From an uncultured Gemmatimonadales bacterium (GTDB taxonomy: Bacteria; Gemmatimonadota; Gemmatimonadetes; Gemmatimonadales; GWC2-71-9), in contig CAWGED010000019.1 in NCBI GenBank assembly GCA_963821525.1, positions 928,001-992,000 on the forward strand: a stretch of DNA of 64,000 bases, read 5' to 3'. Positions 29,747 to 40,156 of this stretch are shown piece after piece (positions within the stretch are counted from its first letter, which is position 1; each line of letters begins with the position of its first letter). The notes beneath the pieces were generated by a model, which was not told where the DNA came from, ran no database searches, and saw only the letters and a list, made by a program, of their open reading frames with translations. The translations under genes and the position numbers were made by a program.

Positions 29747-30532
29747 TTAAGGCGGACACTTACCGCCACTCACTCGTTCAAGCCGTATAGTCTGCTCTAC
29801 CCTCGTCTGCGCGCCTCGCGGGAGCTCATCGCTGGCCGGAATTGACGCTTCGGCCTCGATCGCGCGATCCCAGCGCATCAAACCCGTCGCCGGGTCCCAG
29901 AGCATCAGCCCCGTTTCCCGCTCGACCTGTTGCGCCGTGTCCGCCAATGAGTCCCCCCCGAGCCTCGAGTACAGGGTCCGGTTTCCAACCACTCGATAGC
30001 GCTGCAAATTCTTCTGGTCGGACTGGCGACTGATGATCCACCCCGTCGAATCCTGCCAGCGTTGTCCTACATCCAGTGATGTACCGGGCACCGGCGGAAA
30101 CAAATCGTCGAGCGCCGCGGTGAAGTTGGTAATCTCGGCGATCTCACCGGGGACGAAGGGGGCATCAATCCGGAAATACCGACCCTCGGGGTAGAGCAGG
30201 CCGAGGAACCGGCCGCCGATGACCCCATCGGTATCGACCACACGCTTGCCAGTCGGCTCGGCACGCCACACCATCAGGGAGTCGAACCAGCTCTCGACCA
30301 GCATGCCGCCCGCGGTATCTCGGGCAGCCACGACCAGCAGCCCGCTTCGCCCGCTGTTCTGCCGTAGCACCCGGTTTCCGCTCTCGAGGCGGAGGCTGGT
30401 CTCCACCGACTGGCGAAACCGCGCACAGGCAAGGTCGGCGGCGCGGTAACGGATCGGGACTGCCTGGGCCGGCGTAGACGCAGGCATGGCCAAAAGGGCC
30501 ACAATCGCAAGTAGTGCGGCAATCACCTTCAT
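29747..30532 (-). CDS. Secreted hypothetical protein
   Basis: Signal peptide MKVIAALLAIVALLAMPASTPAQA at the ATG 30532. The upstream part of the ORF-track call overlaps the amidohydrolase. Confidence 0.75.
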   Translation of the reverse strand: MKVIAALLAIVALLAMPASTPAQAVPIRYRAADLACARFRQSVETSLRLESGNRVLRQNSGRSGLLVVAARDTAGGMLVESWFDSLMVWRAEPTGKRVVDTDGVIGGRFLGLLYPEGRYFRIDAPFVPGEIAEITNFTAALDDLFPPVPGTSLDVGQRWQDSTGWIISRQSDQKNLQRYRVVGNRTLYSRLGGDSLADTAQQVERETGLMLWDPATGLMRWDRAIEAEASIPASDELPRGAQTRVEQTIRLERVSGGKCPP

Positions 30533-30541
30533 GAGGACAAT

Positions 30542-31849
30542 ATGGCACCGGCCTCCCGCCTCTGTCGGACTCTGGTTCATGCGCTGACCCTGCTTCTCCT
30601 GCTTGCCGGGCCCGGAGCCGCACAGACCCGGACCCTCATTCACGCCGGCCGATTGATCGATGGTGAGTCGGATCAGGTGCGGACGGACCAGGGAATTCTG
30701 GTTGAAGGCGAGCGGATTTCGAAAGTTGGATCCTGGAGTGAAGTGTCGGCGGCTGCGGCCGGAGCAAACGTCGTTGACCTGACCGGAATGACGGTGCTTC
30801 CGGGAATGATCGACAATCACACTCACATTCTGCTGCAGGGAGACATCACCGCGCAGGACTACGACGATCAACTGCTCAAGGAGTCGATTCCCTACCGCAC
30901 CATCCGGGCGACCGCCGCGGTTCGCACCGCCCTCATGAATGGCTTCACCGCAATGCGGGACCTCGAGACCGAAGGCGCGATGTACGCCGACGTGGACGTG
31001 AAGACCGCCATCAATCGCGGAATCATCCCCGGTCCCCGGATGTTCGTCGTCACCCGTGCGATGGCGCCAACCGGCATGTACCCGCTCAACGGGTATTCCT
31101 GGGAATTGCGCGTACCGGAAGGCGTACAGATCGTGGACGGGCCCGACAATGTGCGCAAAGCGGTCCGGGAACAGGTCAAGTACGGCGCCGATTGGATCAA
31201 GTTCTACGCCGACCGCCGCTACTACCTCGGTGACGACGGGAAGCTGCACAGCTGGGTGAATTTCACCGACGAGGAAATGAAGGCACTGGTGGACGAATCA
31301 CACCGGCTGGGCCGCAAAGTCGCCGCGCATGCGATCGGCTGGGATGGAATCGACGCGGCGCTCCGCGCCGGGGTCAACAGTATCGAGCACGGCGACGGGC
31401 TCACGGCCGAGCTGGTGGACCGGATGGTCAAGCAGAAGGTCTACTGGTGCCCGACGATCTTCGTCGGGGTGTATGTCGCGGAGGGCCGAGGCGGGATCTG
31501 GCCGAAGATGGTGGAGCTGGAAAAGGCCGCCTTCGGCATGGCGCTCCGTCGCGGCCTGCTGCCATTCATCTCCTACGGCACCGACGCCGGCGGCTATGCA
31601 TGGGACCAGAACCAGGCCCAGGAGCTGGATTACATGGTCCGCTACGGGATGACGCCGATGCAGGCGATAAAGTCGACCACGACCGTGGCCGCGAGGTTGC
31701 TGGATCAGAGCGCCAATCTGGGCGCGGTTTCGGCGGGGCGGTACGCGGACCTGATTGCCGTGGAGAATGATCCGCTGGCCGACATCACCGAACTGCAGCG
31801 GGTGCAGTTCGTGATGAAGGGAGGAGTGATCTACAAGGGCGGGCAGTAA
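30542..31849 (+). CDS. Secreted amidohydrolase (Xaa-Pro dipeptidase-like)
   Basis: PGMIDNHTH, VAAHA, SIEHG and GTDAG metal-ligand motifs; signal peptide. Confidence 0.93.
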   Translation: MAPASRLCRTLVHALTLLLLLAGPGAAQTRTLIHAGRLIDGESDQVRTDQGILVEGERISKVGSWSEVSAAAAGANVVDLTGMTVLPGMIDNHTHILLQGDITAQDYDDQLLKESIPYRTIRATAAVRTALMNGFTAMRDLETEGAMYADVDVKTAINRGIIPGPRMFVVTRAMAPTGMYPLNGYSWELRVPEGVQIVDGPDNVRKAVREQVKYGADWIKFYADRRYYLGDDGKLHSWVNFTDEEMKALVDESHRLGRKVAAHAIGWDGIDAALRAGVNSIEHGDGLTAELVDRMVKQKVYWCPTIFVGVYVAEGRGGIWPKMVELEKAAFGMALRRGLLPFISYGTDAGGYAWDQNQAQELDYMVRYGMTPMQAIKSTTTVAARLLDQSANLGAVSAGRYADLIAVENDPLADITELQRVQFVMKGGVIYKGGQ

Positions 31850-31856
31850 AGACCCG

Positions 31857-31884
31857 GAGATGGCCGGGATACCCCGGCCATCTC
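31857..31884. terminator. Hairpin between convergent genes
   Basis: GAGATGGCCGGG-ATAC-CCCGGCCATCTC, a perfect 12-bp stem. Confidence 0.7.
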
Positions 31885-32515
31885 AGTTGCGCAGTCCGTT
31901 GTCGCTCACATACCGAATCAGGTCCGCATTCGACATCATCTGCATCTTCTCCAGAATGCGGGAGCGATAAGTACTCACCGTCTTGGCGCTCAAGCCCAAC
32001 CGCTCCGCCAGCACTTTGACGCTCAGGCCGGTACCAAGGCCCCGCAGGACCTCGTACTCGCGGTCCGAAAGCCTCTCGTGCAGCACGGTGCTCGCGCCCG
32101 CCTCGAGCCCCGTCGCCAGCCTTTCAGCGAGTGCCGCGCTCACGTACTTCCCTCCCCGGTACACCTTGCGGATGGCTTCGATCAACTGCTCCGGGGAGTG
32201 ATCCTTGGTGAGATACCCCGCGGCGCCGGCACGAAGGGCGCGCACTGCCCATTGGTCCTCCGGGTGCACGCTGAGCACCAGGACTTTGACTGAGGGGTGC
32301 TCCTTTCGCACCATCTGCAACACTTCGATGAAGCTCGGTCCCGGCATCGAGACGTCGAGCAGGATCACGTCGGTCGGCGTTTCCGTCACCCGCTGCAATA
32401 CCTCGCCGGCTGAGGCCGCCTCTCCCACCACGGTGATGCCGGGGTGGTCGGCGGCAATTCGCCGAAGGCCTGCGCGCACGATGGGGTGATCATCCGCGAT
32501 CAATAAACGAATCAT
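31883..32515 (-). CDS. NarL/LuxR-family response regulator
   Basis: IADDHP, LLDVSMP, LSDREYEVL and KTVSTYR motifs. Confidence 0.95.
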   Translation of the reverse strand: MIRLLIADDHPIVRAGLRRIAADHPGITVVGEAASAGEVLQRVTETPTDVILLDVSMPGPSFIEVLQMVRKEHPSVKVLVLSVHPEDQWAVRALRAGAAGYLTKDHSPEQLIEAIRKVYRGGKYVSAALAERLATGLEAGASTVLHERLSDREYEVLRGLGTGLSVKVLAERLGLSAKTVSTYRSRILEKMQMMSNADLIRYVSDNGLRN

Positions 32516-34473
32516 GCAACCGCCTCCTGTGTCTCTAGTACTCGTGAGGGGATCCTCACCTCGACCCTGGTGCCCTCTCCCGGCCGTCCTGCTATCTCGA
32601 GCACGCCGCCGCAGGCGATCGCTCGCTCGCGGATTCCGACCAGACCCAGTGAGCTTCGACCAGCCAGCTCGACAGGAGTGATCCCTCGCCCATTGTCCGC
32701 TACGACCAGGCGCAGCTCATCCCGGGTCTGCAGCACGCCGATGCGGACCATCGTCGCGCCGGCGTGCCGGGCCACATTGGTGAGCGCCTCCTGCAGGATC
32801 CGGAAGATCGTGGTGGCTCGCACGTCATCCACCGGGCTGTCATCCGATTGCAGGTCGAGGTCGGTCTCGATCCCGGTGCGGCGGAAGAATTCCTGCGACT
32901 GCCACTCGATCGCCGCCACCAGGCCAAGCAGGTCGAGCACACCGGGACGGAGCTCGGTAGCAATGCGACGGACCGAGTCCACCGTGCCGTCCAATCGGGT
33001 AATGGAGTTGAGCAGCCGGTCGGAAAGATCGCTCTGGGTCCGCGGCAGGCGTCCCCGCACCCAGGACAGGTCCATCTTCAGGCCGGTCAGGGCCTGCCCC
33101 AGCTCGTCGTGCAACTCCCGCGCGATGCGGGTCCGTTCCTCTTCGCGCACGGTCTGCAACCGCGCAGCGAGGTCCCGCAGCTCCTGCCGCGAGCGGCGCA
33201 TCGCCTCCTCGTTGGCCTTCGCGTCCGTCACGTCCCACACGATGTCCAGCAGGCAATCCTGACCGCCGAGGTTGATCTTCTCGGCCCAGATCTGGTTGAT
33301 CTGCCGCTCCCGGAGCCGCGTCCTGGCCTCAAACTCGTACCGGCGAACCATTCCGTCGCGCTGGAGCCGATGGACCAGCTCTTCCCGGGCCGCCGGTTCG
33401 CGCCAGAGGCCGAGGTCGTGTGCCCGCCGGCCGATCACTTCCTCGCGAGGCAGGCCAACATCACGGAGGAAGGCTTCGTTGACCTCGATGAAGCGGCCCT
33501 CTTCGAGGGACGCGATGCTCATCGGGAGGGGAGAAGAGCGGAACGCCTTGGCGAATTTTTCCTCCGACTCCCGGAGCGCCTCTTCCTGACGAGCGCGTTC
33601 GCTGATGTTCCGCTGAATGCCGAAATGCCCCGTAATGCGGCCATCGGCATCGTAGAGACAGACGTAGTCCCCCTCGATGAGCATCGGGCTTCCGTCGCTG
33701 CGGCGCTCGTGGGTGACCGCGTGGAGGCGGCCGGCGTCGAACAGCGCGCGCCATGCCGCACGACCGTGGGCCTGGTCGTGAGAATAGAAGTCGGCGGGCG
33801 TGAGCCCCAGCATCTCGCTCTGCTTTCGCCCATACTCGGCGATCATCGCGCCGTTCACCTTGGTGATCCGCTGATGGGTGAAGACGTAATCGAGGAGCTT
33901 CTCCTTGTCGGCCTGATCGTTCCAGCGGATCGGCCGGTCCAGCATCATGAAGAAGAACCCGTCGAGCGATTGGGTGAAGAACGCCTCGAGCAGCTTCTGC
34001 TGTTCGCTGATCGTCGCCTCGGCTCGCAGCTGCTGCGTGAGGTCGTGATACACCTCGTAGAACGCAACGGCCTTTCCGTCCACCGTCAGGGGCGAACCGG
34101 TGTGCGAAACGTCGACCAGCGATCCGTCCCGCCGGCGACGACGCATCTGCCGCCACATCCGACTCTCCGAGCTGAGCGGCCGGTCAATCCCGGTACTGGG
34201 GTCGGACCCCGGCACGCCGATCAGCCGGTCAATGTCGACCCCGATTGCTTCCTGGACCGAATAACGGAACAATCTGCTGAATTCCGCGTTAGCCCGGATC
34301 AGCCGGCCATTCAGGTCCCGGAGAGTGAGCGCGTGAGGGAAGGTCTCGAAGAGCTGCTCGAGGTAGGCCTGCTGGATCCGCAGCTGTCCCACCGTTTCCC
34401 GGTAGCGCAGCAGTGTGACCCCAGCTGCGACCAGGGCGAGTATCAGGAGTACGACAAGGAGAACCATCGCCAT
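32512..34473 (-). CDS. Multi-PAS sensor histidine kinase (HisKA_3 type)
   Basis: N-terminal TM helix, three PAS-like domains, ERTRIARELHDELGQ and EALTNVARHA. Confidence 0.93.
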   Translation of the reverse strand: MAMVLLVVLLILALVAAGVTLLRYRETVGQLRIQQAYLEQLFETFPHALTLRDLNGRLIRANAEFSRLFRYSVQEAIGVDIDRLIGVPGSDPSTGIDRPLSSESRMWRQMRRRRRDGSLVDVSHTGSPLTVDGKAVAFYEVYHDLTQQLRAEATISEQQKLLEAFFTQSLDGFFFMMLDRPIRWNDQADKEKLLDYVFTHQRITKVNGAMIAEYGRKQSEMLGLTPADFYSHDQAHGRAAWRALFDAGRLHAVTHERRSDGSPMLIEGDYVCLYDADGRITGHFGIQRNISERARQEEALRESEEKFAKAFRSSPLPMSIASLEEGRFIEVNEAFLRDVGLPREEVIGRRAHDLGLWREPAAREELVHRLQRDGMVRRYEFEARTRLRERQINQIWAEKINLGGQDCLLDIVWDVTDAKANEEAMRRSRQELRDLAARLQTVREEERTRIARELHDELGQALTGLKMDLSWVRGRLPRTQSDLSDRLLNSITRLDGTVDSVRRIATELRPGVLDLLGLVAAIEWQSQEFFRRTGIETDLDLQSDDSPVDDVRATTIFRILQEALTNVARHAGATMVRIGVLQTRDELRLVVADNGRGITPVELAGRSSLGLVGIRERAIACGGVLEIAGRPGEGTRVEVRIPSRVLETQEAVA

Positions 34474-34537
34474 CGTTCCGTGAAAGACGAATCATGGTAC
34501 GGGCACCGCACCGACAGGTCAACGACAAGGGGGGAGA

Positions 34538-35188
34538 TTAGTACCCCATTGCCGCAGACCCGGCCCGCGGCGAGTCCTGATCCGACGGAGTCTCCGAGGC
34601 GAAGGTTACATCGACATGGACCACAATGTCCTCATGCATCTTGAGCACGCCGAGCATCTTGCTGAGCCCGCCGATCCGGTAGTCCTTCAGGTTGAGCGGG
34701 ACGGTCGCCCGAACGCGAACCGCTTTCTGATCCACCGCAACCGAACCAGGAAACTCGACTTCTCTCTCTACACCGTGAATCAGAAAGCGGCCGTGAAGGG
34801 TGACTTGGGCGCTATCTCCCGCCCAGGTATCTGCACCGACACCCGTGAGCTCATAGCGGATCGTCGGGTACTTGTCGCTCTCCATGGACTTGTTCATGTC
34901 ATGGTCCCGCTTGTCCTTGCCGGTCCGGAGCGTCGACACGGGGGCTTCCACCCATCCCCGGACGGACGAGAGATCAGGACCGCCCGTCATCTCCCCCGTC
35001 AGCGTCGTCGTGGTACCGGTGAAGTCGCCCACGGTAGAGTTGCCATCAAAGGAAAGCGTGCCGGACACGACCTTTCCCGAGACAATCGGCAGCTGAGCCT
35101 CGGCTTTGACAGTGACGGCCCCAAGCACCAGCGCGGTGACGACGCCAAGCATGAGGCGGGTCTTACGAATCTGTCCTGCAGCAGTCAT
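34538..35188 (-). CDS. YceI-family lipid/polyisoprenoid-binding protein
   Basis: LRTGKDKRDHDM, YPTI and G.FLIHGV motifs; signal-like N-terminus. Confidence 0.88.
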   Translation of the reverse strand: MTAAGQIRKTRLMLGVVTALVLGAVTVKAEAQLPIVSGKVVSGTLSFDGNSTVGDFTGTTTTLTGEMTGGPDLSSVRGWVEAPVSTLRTGKDKRDHDMNKSMESDKYPTIRYELTGVGADTWAGDSAQVTLHGRFLIHGVEREVEFPGSVAVDQKAVRVRATVPLNLKDYRIGGLSKMLGVLKMHEDIVVHVDVTFASETPSDQDSPRAGSAAMGY

Positions 35189-35472
35189 CTTGCCCTCGTG
35201 AACTTGGGCCTCTAAAGCGAGCGGGCATCGGTAGATGCCCGCCCGTTCCGGGATCAACTCTCATCCGATGATGCGCTTCGGATCCCGGCTCCGCTCCGCT
35301 ACTCGATAAGGCGCAAAGAAGTTAGGGTCGGGATCAGGTCGGCTCGATCGGGACCCCGCTGAGGGGGGAGTCGGACCTAGGCGAATCGACGTGTAGGACC
35401 AGGGACTACAAGGAGTTGGACCCAGCGATGGGTGGCCGGGACATCCATCCTATCTTCAGACAGGGTAAGCAT

Positions 35473-36450
35473 ATGGCCCACGGACGTATCTATCGCGATG
35501 TAACCGAAACCGTCGGTAACACCCCGCTGATTGAGCTGAACCGGATCAGCGCCGGCCTCCCGGCCCGCATCGTGGTCAAACATGAAGGCTACAACCCGTT
35601 TGATTCGGTGAAGGATCGTATCGGCAACGCGATGATCACCGACGCGATCGCCAGCGGGCGGCTAAAGCCCGGCATGCTGATCGTGGAGCCGACGAGCGGA
35701 AACACCGGCATCGGCCTGGCCTACGCAGCCACCGCCTTTGGCTACCGCTGCATCTTCACGATGCCTGAAACCATGACCCTGGAACGGCGCCACATGCTGA
35801 AGGCGCTCGGCTGCAAGGTCGTGCTGACCGAAGGCCCCAAAGGAATGAAGGGTGCCATCGCACGAGCCGAGGAAATTCTCGGGCGTCTTGGCAACAAGGC
35901 GTGGATGCCGCGCCAGTTCGACAATCCGGCCAATCCAGCGATCCACTACCGGACGACGGGCCCCGAGATCTGGACCGACACCGAGGGCAAAGTCGACATC
36001 TTCGTGGCCGGCGTGGGAACTGGCGGGACGATCACGGGAGCGGGGAGGTTCCTGCGGGAGAAGAAGCCGGACATTCACATCGTGGCGGTCGAACCGAACG
36101 AGAGTCCGGTGCTGTCCGGAGGCGCGCCGTCACCCCACAAGCAACAGGGGATCGGCGCCGGTTTCATCCCCGGAAACCTTGATACGACGATCTACAACGA
36201 GGTGGTGCGAGTCACCAACGAGGATGCTATCGCGACGGCTCGACGCCTGGCCCGGGAGGAGGCGATCTTCGCCGGCATCTCCTCGGGGTCAATTACGTGG
36301 GCCGCGCTGAAGGTCGCCTCGCGTCGGGAGAACGCCGGCAAGCTCATCGTCTCGATCGTCTGCGACTTCGGTGAGCGATATCTGTCCAACCCGGTCTACA
36401 CGGAGCTAGCGGATCCGGATTTCTCGGATGTGGAGGGGGCGGTCGCCTGA
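35473..36450 (+). CDS. cysK: Cysteine synthase A
   Basis: SVKDRIG (PLP-Lys), EPTSGNTG, GVGTGGT and QGIGAGF motifs. Confidence 0.95.
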   Translation: MAHGRIYRDVTETVGNTPLIELNRISAGLPARIVVKHEGYNPFDSVKDRIGNAMITDAIASGRLKPGMLIVEPTSGNTGIGLAYAATAFGYRCIFTMPETMTLERRHMLKALGCKVVLTEGPKGMKGAIARAEEILGRLGNKAWMPRQFDNPANPAIHYRTTGPEIWTDTEGKVDIFVAGVGTGGTITGAGRFLREKKPDIHIVAVEPNESPVLSGGAPSPHKQQGIGAGFIPGNLDTTIYNEVVRVTNEDAIATARRLAREEAIFAGISSGSITWAALKVASRRENAGKLIVSIVCDFGERYLSNPVYTELADPDFSDVEGAVA

Positions 36451-36552
36451 CAGCGTGAGACGTAAGAAGTGAGAAGGAAGGAGCACGACGCGAGTGATGC
36501 GCTCCTTGTCTCGCTGTTCCTTCTCACTTCTTACATCTCACATCTCACGCTG
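36451..36552. repeat. Inverted heptamer-array element between convergent cysK and pruA
   Basis: CAGCGTGAGACGTAAGAAGTGAGAAGGA pairs with TCCTTCTCACTTCTTACATCTCACATCTCACGCTG; inner hairpin AAGGAGC...GCTCCTT. Confidence 0.85.
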
Positions 36553-36559
36553 TTGAGAC

Positions 36560-38190
36560 CTACTCTTCCGACATAAACGGATACTTGTAGTCTTTGGGCG
36601 GGTTGAAGTTCTCCTTGATGCTCCTGGGGGAAACCCAGCGCACCAGGTTGAGAACCGAGCCCGCCTTGTCGTTGGTCCCGCTGGCCCGAGCCCCGCCGAA
36701 GGGCTGCTGGCCGACGACGGCACCGGTCGGCTTGTCGTTTATGTAGTAGTTGCCTGCCGCGTGACGCAGAGCGTGATCCGCCTCGACCAGCGCCCGGCGG
36801 TCCTGGGCGAAGACGGCGCCGGTCAGGCTGTATGGGCTGGTCTGGTCCACCAGCGTCAGAGTCTCCGTCCAGCGATTCTCCGGATAGACGTGCAGGCTCA
36901 GGACCGGGCCAAAGATCTCCTCGCACATCGTGCGGTACTTGGGATCCTCCGCCTGCAGCAGGGTCGGCTCGATGAAGTAGCCTGTGTCCCCCTTGCAGCC
37001 TCCTCCCGCCAGCAGCTTCACGCCTGAATCCTTCTTCGCCCGATCGATGTATTCCCGGATCCGGTCGAATGCTTTCTGGTCGATCACCGCACCCATGAAG
37101 TTCCGGAAGTCGGCCACATCACCCATGCGGATATCGGAGATGAGCGCCGAGCAGCCGTTCCTTCACCTGGGGCCACAAGTTGGACGGCACATAGGCGCGG
37201 GAAGCGGCACTGCACTTCTGGCCCTGATACTCGTACGCGCCGCGAACCAGGCCGACGCACAAGCGCATCGACATCGGCGCTGGGGTGAGCCAGAACGAAA
37301 TCCTTACCACCGGTTTCCCCCACGATTCTGGGATAGGCCGCGTATTGCGGCAGGTGTCCGGCGATGGTCTTCCACAGCGACTGAAAGACCTCGGTCGAAC
37401 CGGTGAAATGGATTCCCGCGAAGGCACGGTCCGCGAGTAAGAGGTCGCTGATTTCCCGGGCGGGTCCGGGCACGAGATTGATGACTCCCGGCGGCAGGCC
37501 GGCTTCTTCCAGGCACTTCAGGATGTAGTAGTTACTGAGCGAGGCCGAGGCGGCGGGCTTCCAGACCACCACGTTGCCCATGATGGCCGGCGAGGTCGGG
37601 AGGTTACCGCCGATCGCCGTGAAGTTGAAAGGCGTGATGGCGTAGACGAACCCCTCGAGCGGCCGGTGATCCATCCGGTTCCAGGTCAGAGGCGCCGAGT
37701 GGGGCTGTTCCTTGTAGACCTGCTCCGCGAAGTGGACGTTGAACCGCCAGAAATCAATCAACTCACAAGCGGAATCGATTTCCGCCTGGTAGGCAGTCTT
37801 GCTTTGGCCAATCATCGTCGCTGCGTTCACGATGGGCCGCCATGGCCCCGCTAACAGGTCCGCGGCCTTGAGAAACACGGCCGCGCGATCCTCGAAGCTC
37901 CAGTTCGACCACTCACGCCACGCCTTTTGCGCCGCGCAGATGGCGCTCTTCACCTCGGCCGCACCGGCCTGGTGCACCTTGGCCAGCACCCGTTTGTGGG
38001 CATGTGGACTCACGCAGTCAATGGTGCGGCCGGTGCGAACTTCCTGACCACCGATCACGATCGGGATGTCGATGGTCTCGCCGGACATCTTCGCCAGGGC
38101 GGCCTTCAGCTGCGCGCGTTCCGCCGAGCCGGGCGCGTGGCTCAGCACCGGCTCGTTGATTGGACGGGGGATATTGATGGTACCGCTCAT
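36560..38190 (-). CDS. pruA: L-glutamate gamma-semialdehyde (P5C) dehydrogenase, two apparent +1 frameshifts (~37258, ~37148)
   Basis: PFNFTAIGGNL, FTGST, GETGGK, EYQGQKCSA, EEIFGP and QPFGG are spread over three frames. Confidence 0.92.
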
Positions 38191-38277
38191 GGATACGAAA
38201 CCTGAGACTGGAGGGCGAGGAGATTAGCCCCCCGCCCCCACATGCGGCAAGAGCGCTAGAATCGAGCCTGGAGTTCA

Positions 38278-39355
38278 CTACGAGTAGGTGCTGACGGCGG
38301 TCGCTTTGAAGCTGGCGTAGACCTGGGTTCCAACGGCCAGGCCCAATCGATCCACTGCTGCTTGGGTCACTTCGGCCACGAGCGGAGGGCGGGTTCCCAG
38401 AACGACCCGAACTCTCTCACCGAAGGGCGGCTCCGGAACCATCTCTATTACCGGACCGCGAAAGACATTCTGCGCGCTGCCGGCCGTAGGTGCCGCGGCG
38501 TAGAGCGTGATCTCCCGAGGACTCACCGCGACGAACGGGGTCTCCCCGACCTCCGTCCCGGAAACCAGGACCGGACCCTGGTCAGTCTCGATGCGACTCA
38601 ACCCGCCGGGCTGAGGCATACTGCTCCGCCCCTGGAACAGGTTCACGCCGGTGAACGCGGCCACGTACGACGAGCGCGGCTGGCGCAGCAATCGATCCGG
38701 GGTGCCCGATTGCACGATCCGCCCGCCATCGAGCACCGCGATACGCTGGCCGAAGACCACCGCTTCGAGGGGATTGTGGGTGACGAAAATCGTGGTGCAT
38801 GGCAGCGAGGCGAGCATCGCGACGCAGGTCACCCCGCACCCGGGCCCTGGTCTGAACGTCGAGAGCCGCGAGCGGCTCGTCGAGCAAAAGGAGCCGGGGC
38901 TTGAGGACCATCGCGCGCGCCAAGGCGACCCGTTGCTGTTGGCCACCCGACAGTCCTATCACTCGGCGGGCGGCGAGGTCGGCCACACCAAACTGCTCCA
39001 GCGCCCTCTGGCAGCGTTCAAGGATTTCTTGTTTTGGAGTCCGGCGAGCCCTCAGGCCGAAGGCCACGTTTTCGAACACGTCCAGGTGGGGCAGCAGTGC
39101 ATAGTCCTGCGGAAGCCACCCGATCTCTCGTTCCTGGGGTGGGAGATTGATCTTCCGCGCGGAATCGAACCAGGCGTTTCCCTCCAGGACGATCCGGCCC
39201 GAAGTCGGCCGGGTCAGCCCTGCCAGAAGGCGGAGGACCGTGGACTTCCCCGAGCCGCTCTCTCCCACCAGCACAAGAGTCTCGCCTGGAGGGACCTCGA
39301 GCTCGAGATCGAGCGCGAAGGCACCGTACCGGATGGCGAGTTGTGCTTGTAACAA
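38278..39355 (-). CDS. modC: Molybdate ABC transporter ATPase with TOBE domain, apparent +1 frameshift ~38820
   Basis: GESGSGKS, LSGGQQQR and LLLDEP, then FVTH and TOBE (SAQNVF..ASFKA) in the shifted frame. Confidence 0.9.
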
Positions 39356-39364
39356 GTCGAGCCT

Positions 39365-40156
39365 TCAGGGAACGCGGGACTGACCGTAGCGCAGCGCGAG
39401 CAGCAGCCCGAACGAGAGCATGATCAGGAGTACCGACAGGGTGATCGCCGCGCCGAGGTCATGTTGCATTTCCACATAGACCGCGAGCGGCATGGTCTGG
39501 GTGACGCCGGGCAGATTGCCCGCGAAGGTGATCGTCGCGCCGAATTCTCCCAACGCGCGGGCGCAGGCCATCGCGGTGCCCGCCAGAACCGAAGGGAGAC
39601 TCAGCGGCAACATCACCCGAACGAACGAGTAGAACTCGCCGGCGCCGAGCGTCGCGGCGACCTCTCGATACCGGTGCTCCACCGTGGTAAACCCCGCGCG
39701 CACCGGTCCGAGGAAGAAAGGAGCCGCCATGAAGGCCTGCGCCACGACCACCGCGGCAGTAGTAAACGGCAGCGACACTCCCCACACGCCGAGCGACTTC
39801 CCGAGCAGTCCGGCTCGGCCGAAAGTGAGCAACAGAATGAGCCCCGCCACGGTGGGCGGTATGACCATTGGAAGATCGAACAGGACCTCGACGATTCGTT
39901 TCCCGGGAAATTGACGGCTTGCCATGAGGTAGGCCGCTGGGAGCCCAAGAAGCAGAACGAGAGCGGTGGCGAGCAGGCTGGTCTCGAGACTCAGGAGAAG
40001 GGCCTGCTGGATCTCCGGCCGGCCCAGACGAGTCAGGAGTTCACCGGGGGAAGTGCGGATCAGGAGCGAAACGACAGGCAGTACGAGAAGGAAACCCAGC
40101 CCACCGACTGCAAGCCCCACCAGAGCCCGGACGGCAATGGTGCGGAGCAGCTTCAT
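39365..40156 (-). CDS. modB: Molybdate ABC transporter permease
   Basis: DLPMVIPPTVAG, ARALGEFGAT and GNLPG.TQTMPLA motifs. Confidence 0.95.
   Translation of the reverse strand: MKLLRTIAVRALVGLAVGGLGFLLVLPVVSLLIRTSPGELLTRLGRPEIQQALLLSLETSLLATALVLLLGLPAAYLMASRQFPGKRIVEVLFDLPMVIPPTVAGLILLLTFGRAGLLGKSLGVWGVSLPFTTAAVVVAQAFMAAPFFLGPVRAGFTTVEHRYREVAATLGAGEFYSFVRVMLPLSLPSVLAGTAMACARALGEFGATITFAGNLPGVTQTMPLAVYVEMQHDLGAAITLSVLLIMLSFGLLLALRYGQSRVP

Noticed and set aside
29731..29753. ATAGGCC-GTAGGCC-TTAAGGC as a sixth heptamer element
   Set aside because: Only 2-3 degenerate units overlapping stop codons, with no clear second arm.
4042..34644. Long antisense ORFs (e.g. 4042-5829, 16049-17512, 17864-19141, 21780-23408, 32764-34644)
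   Set aside because: They are shadow ORFs opposite well-supported genes, expected in GC-rich DNA, and carry no family motifs.
35260..35310. SAM-I riboswitch
   Set aside because: P1-like ends are present, but the GCAACC/GGUGC P3 helix and P4 are missing. It is kept only as a low-interest unknown leader.
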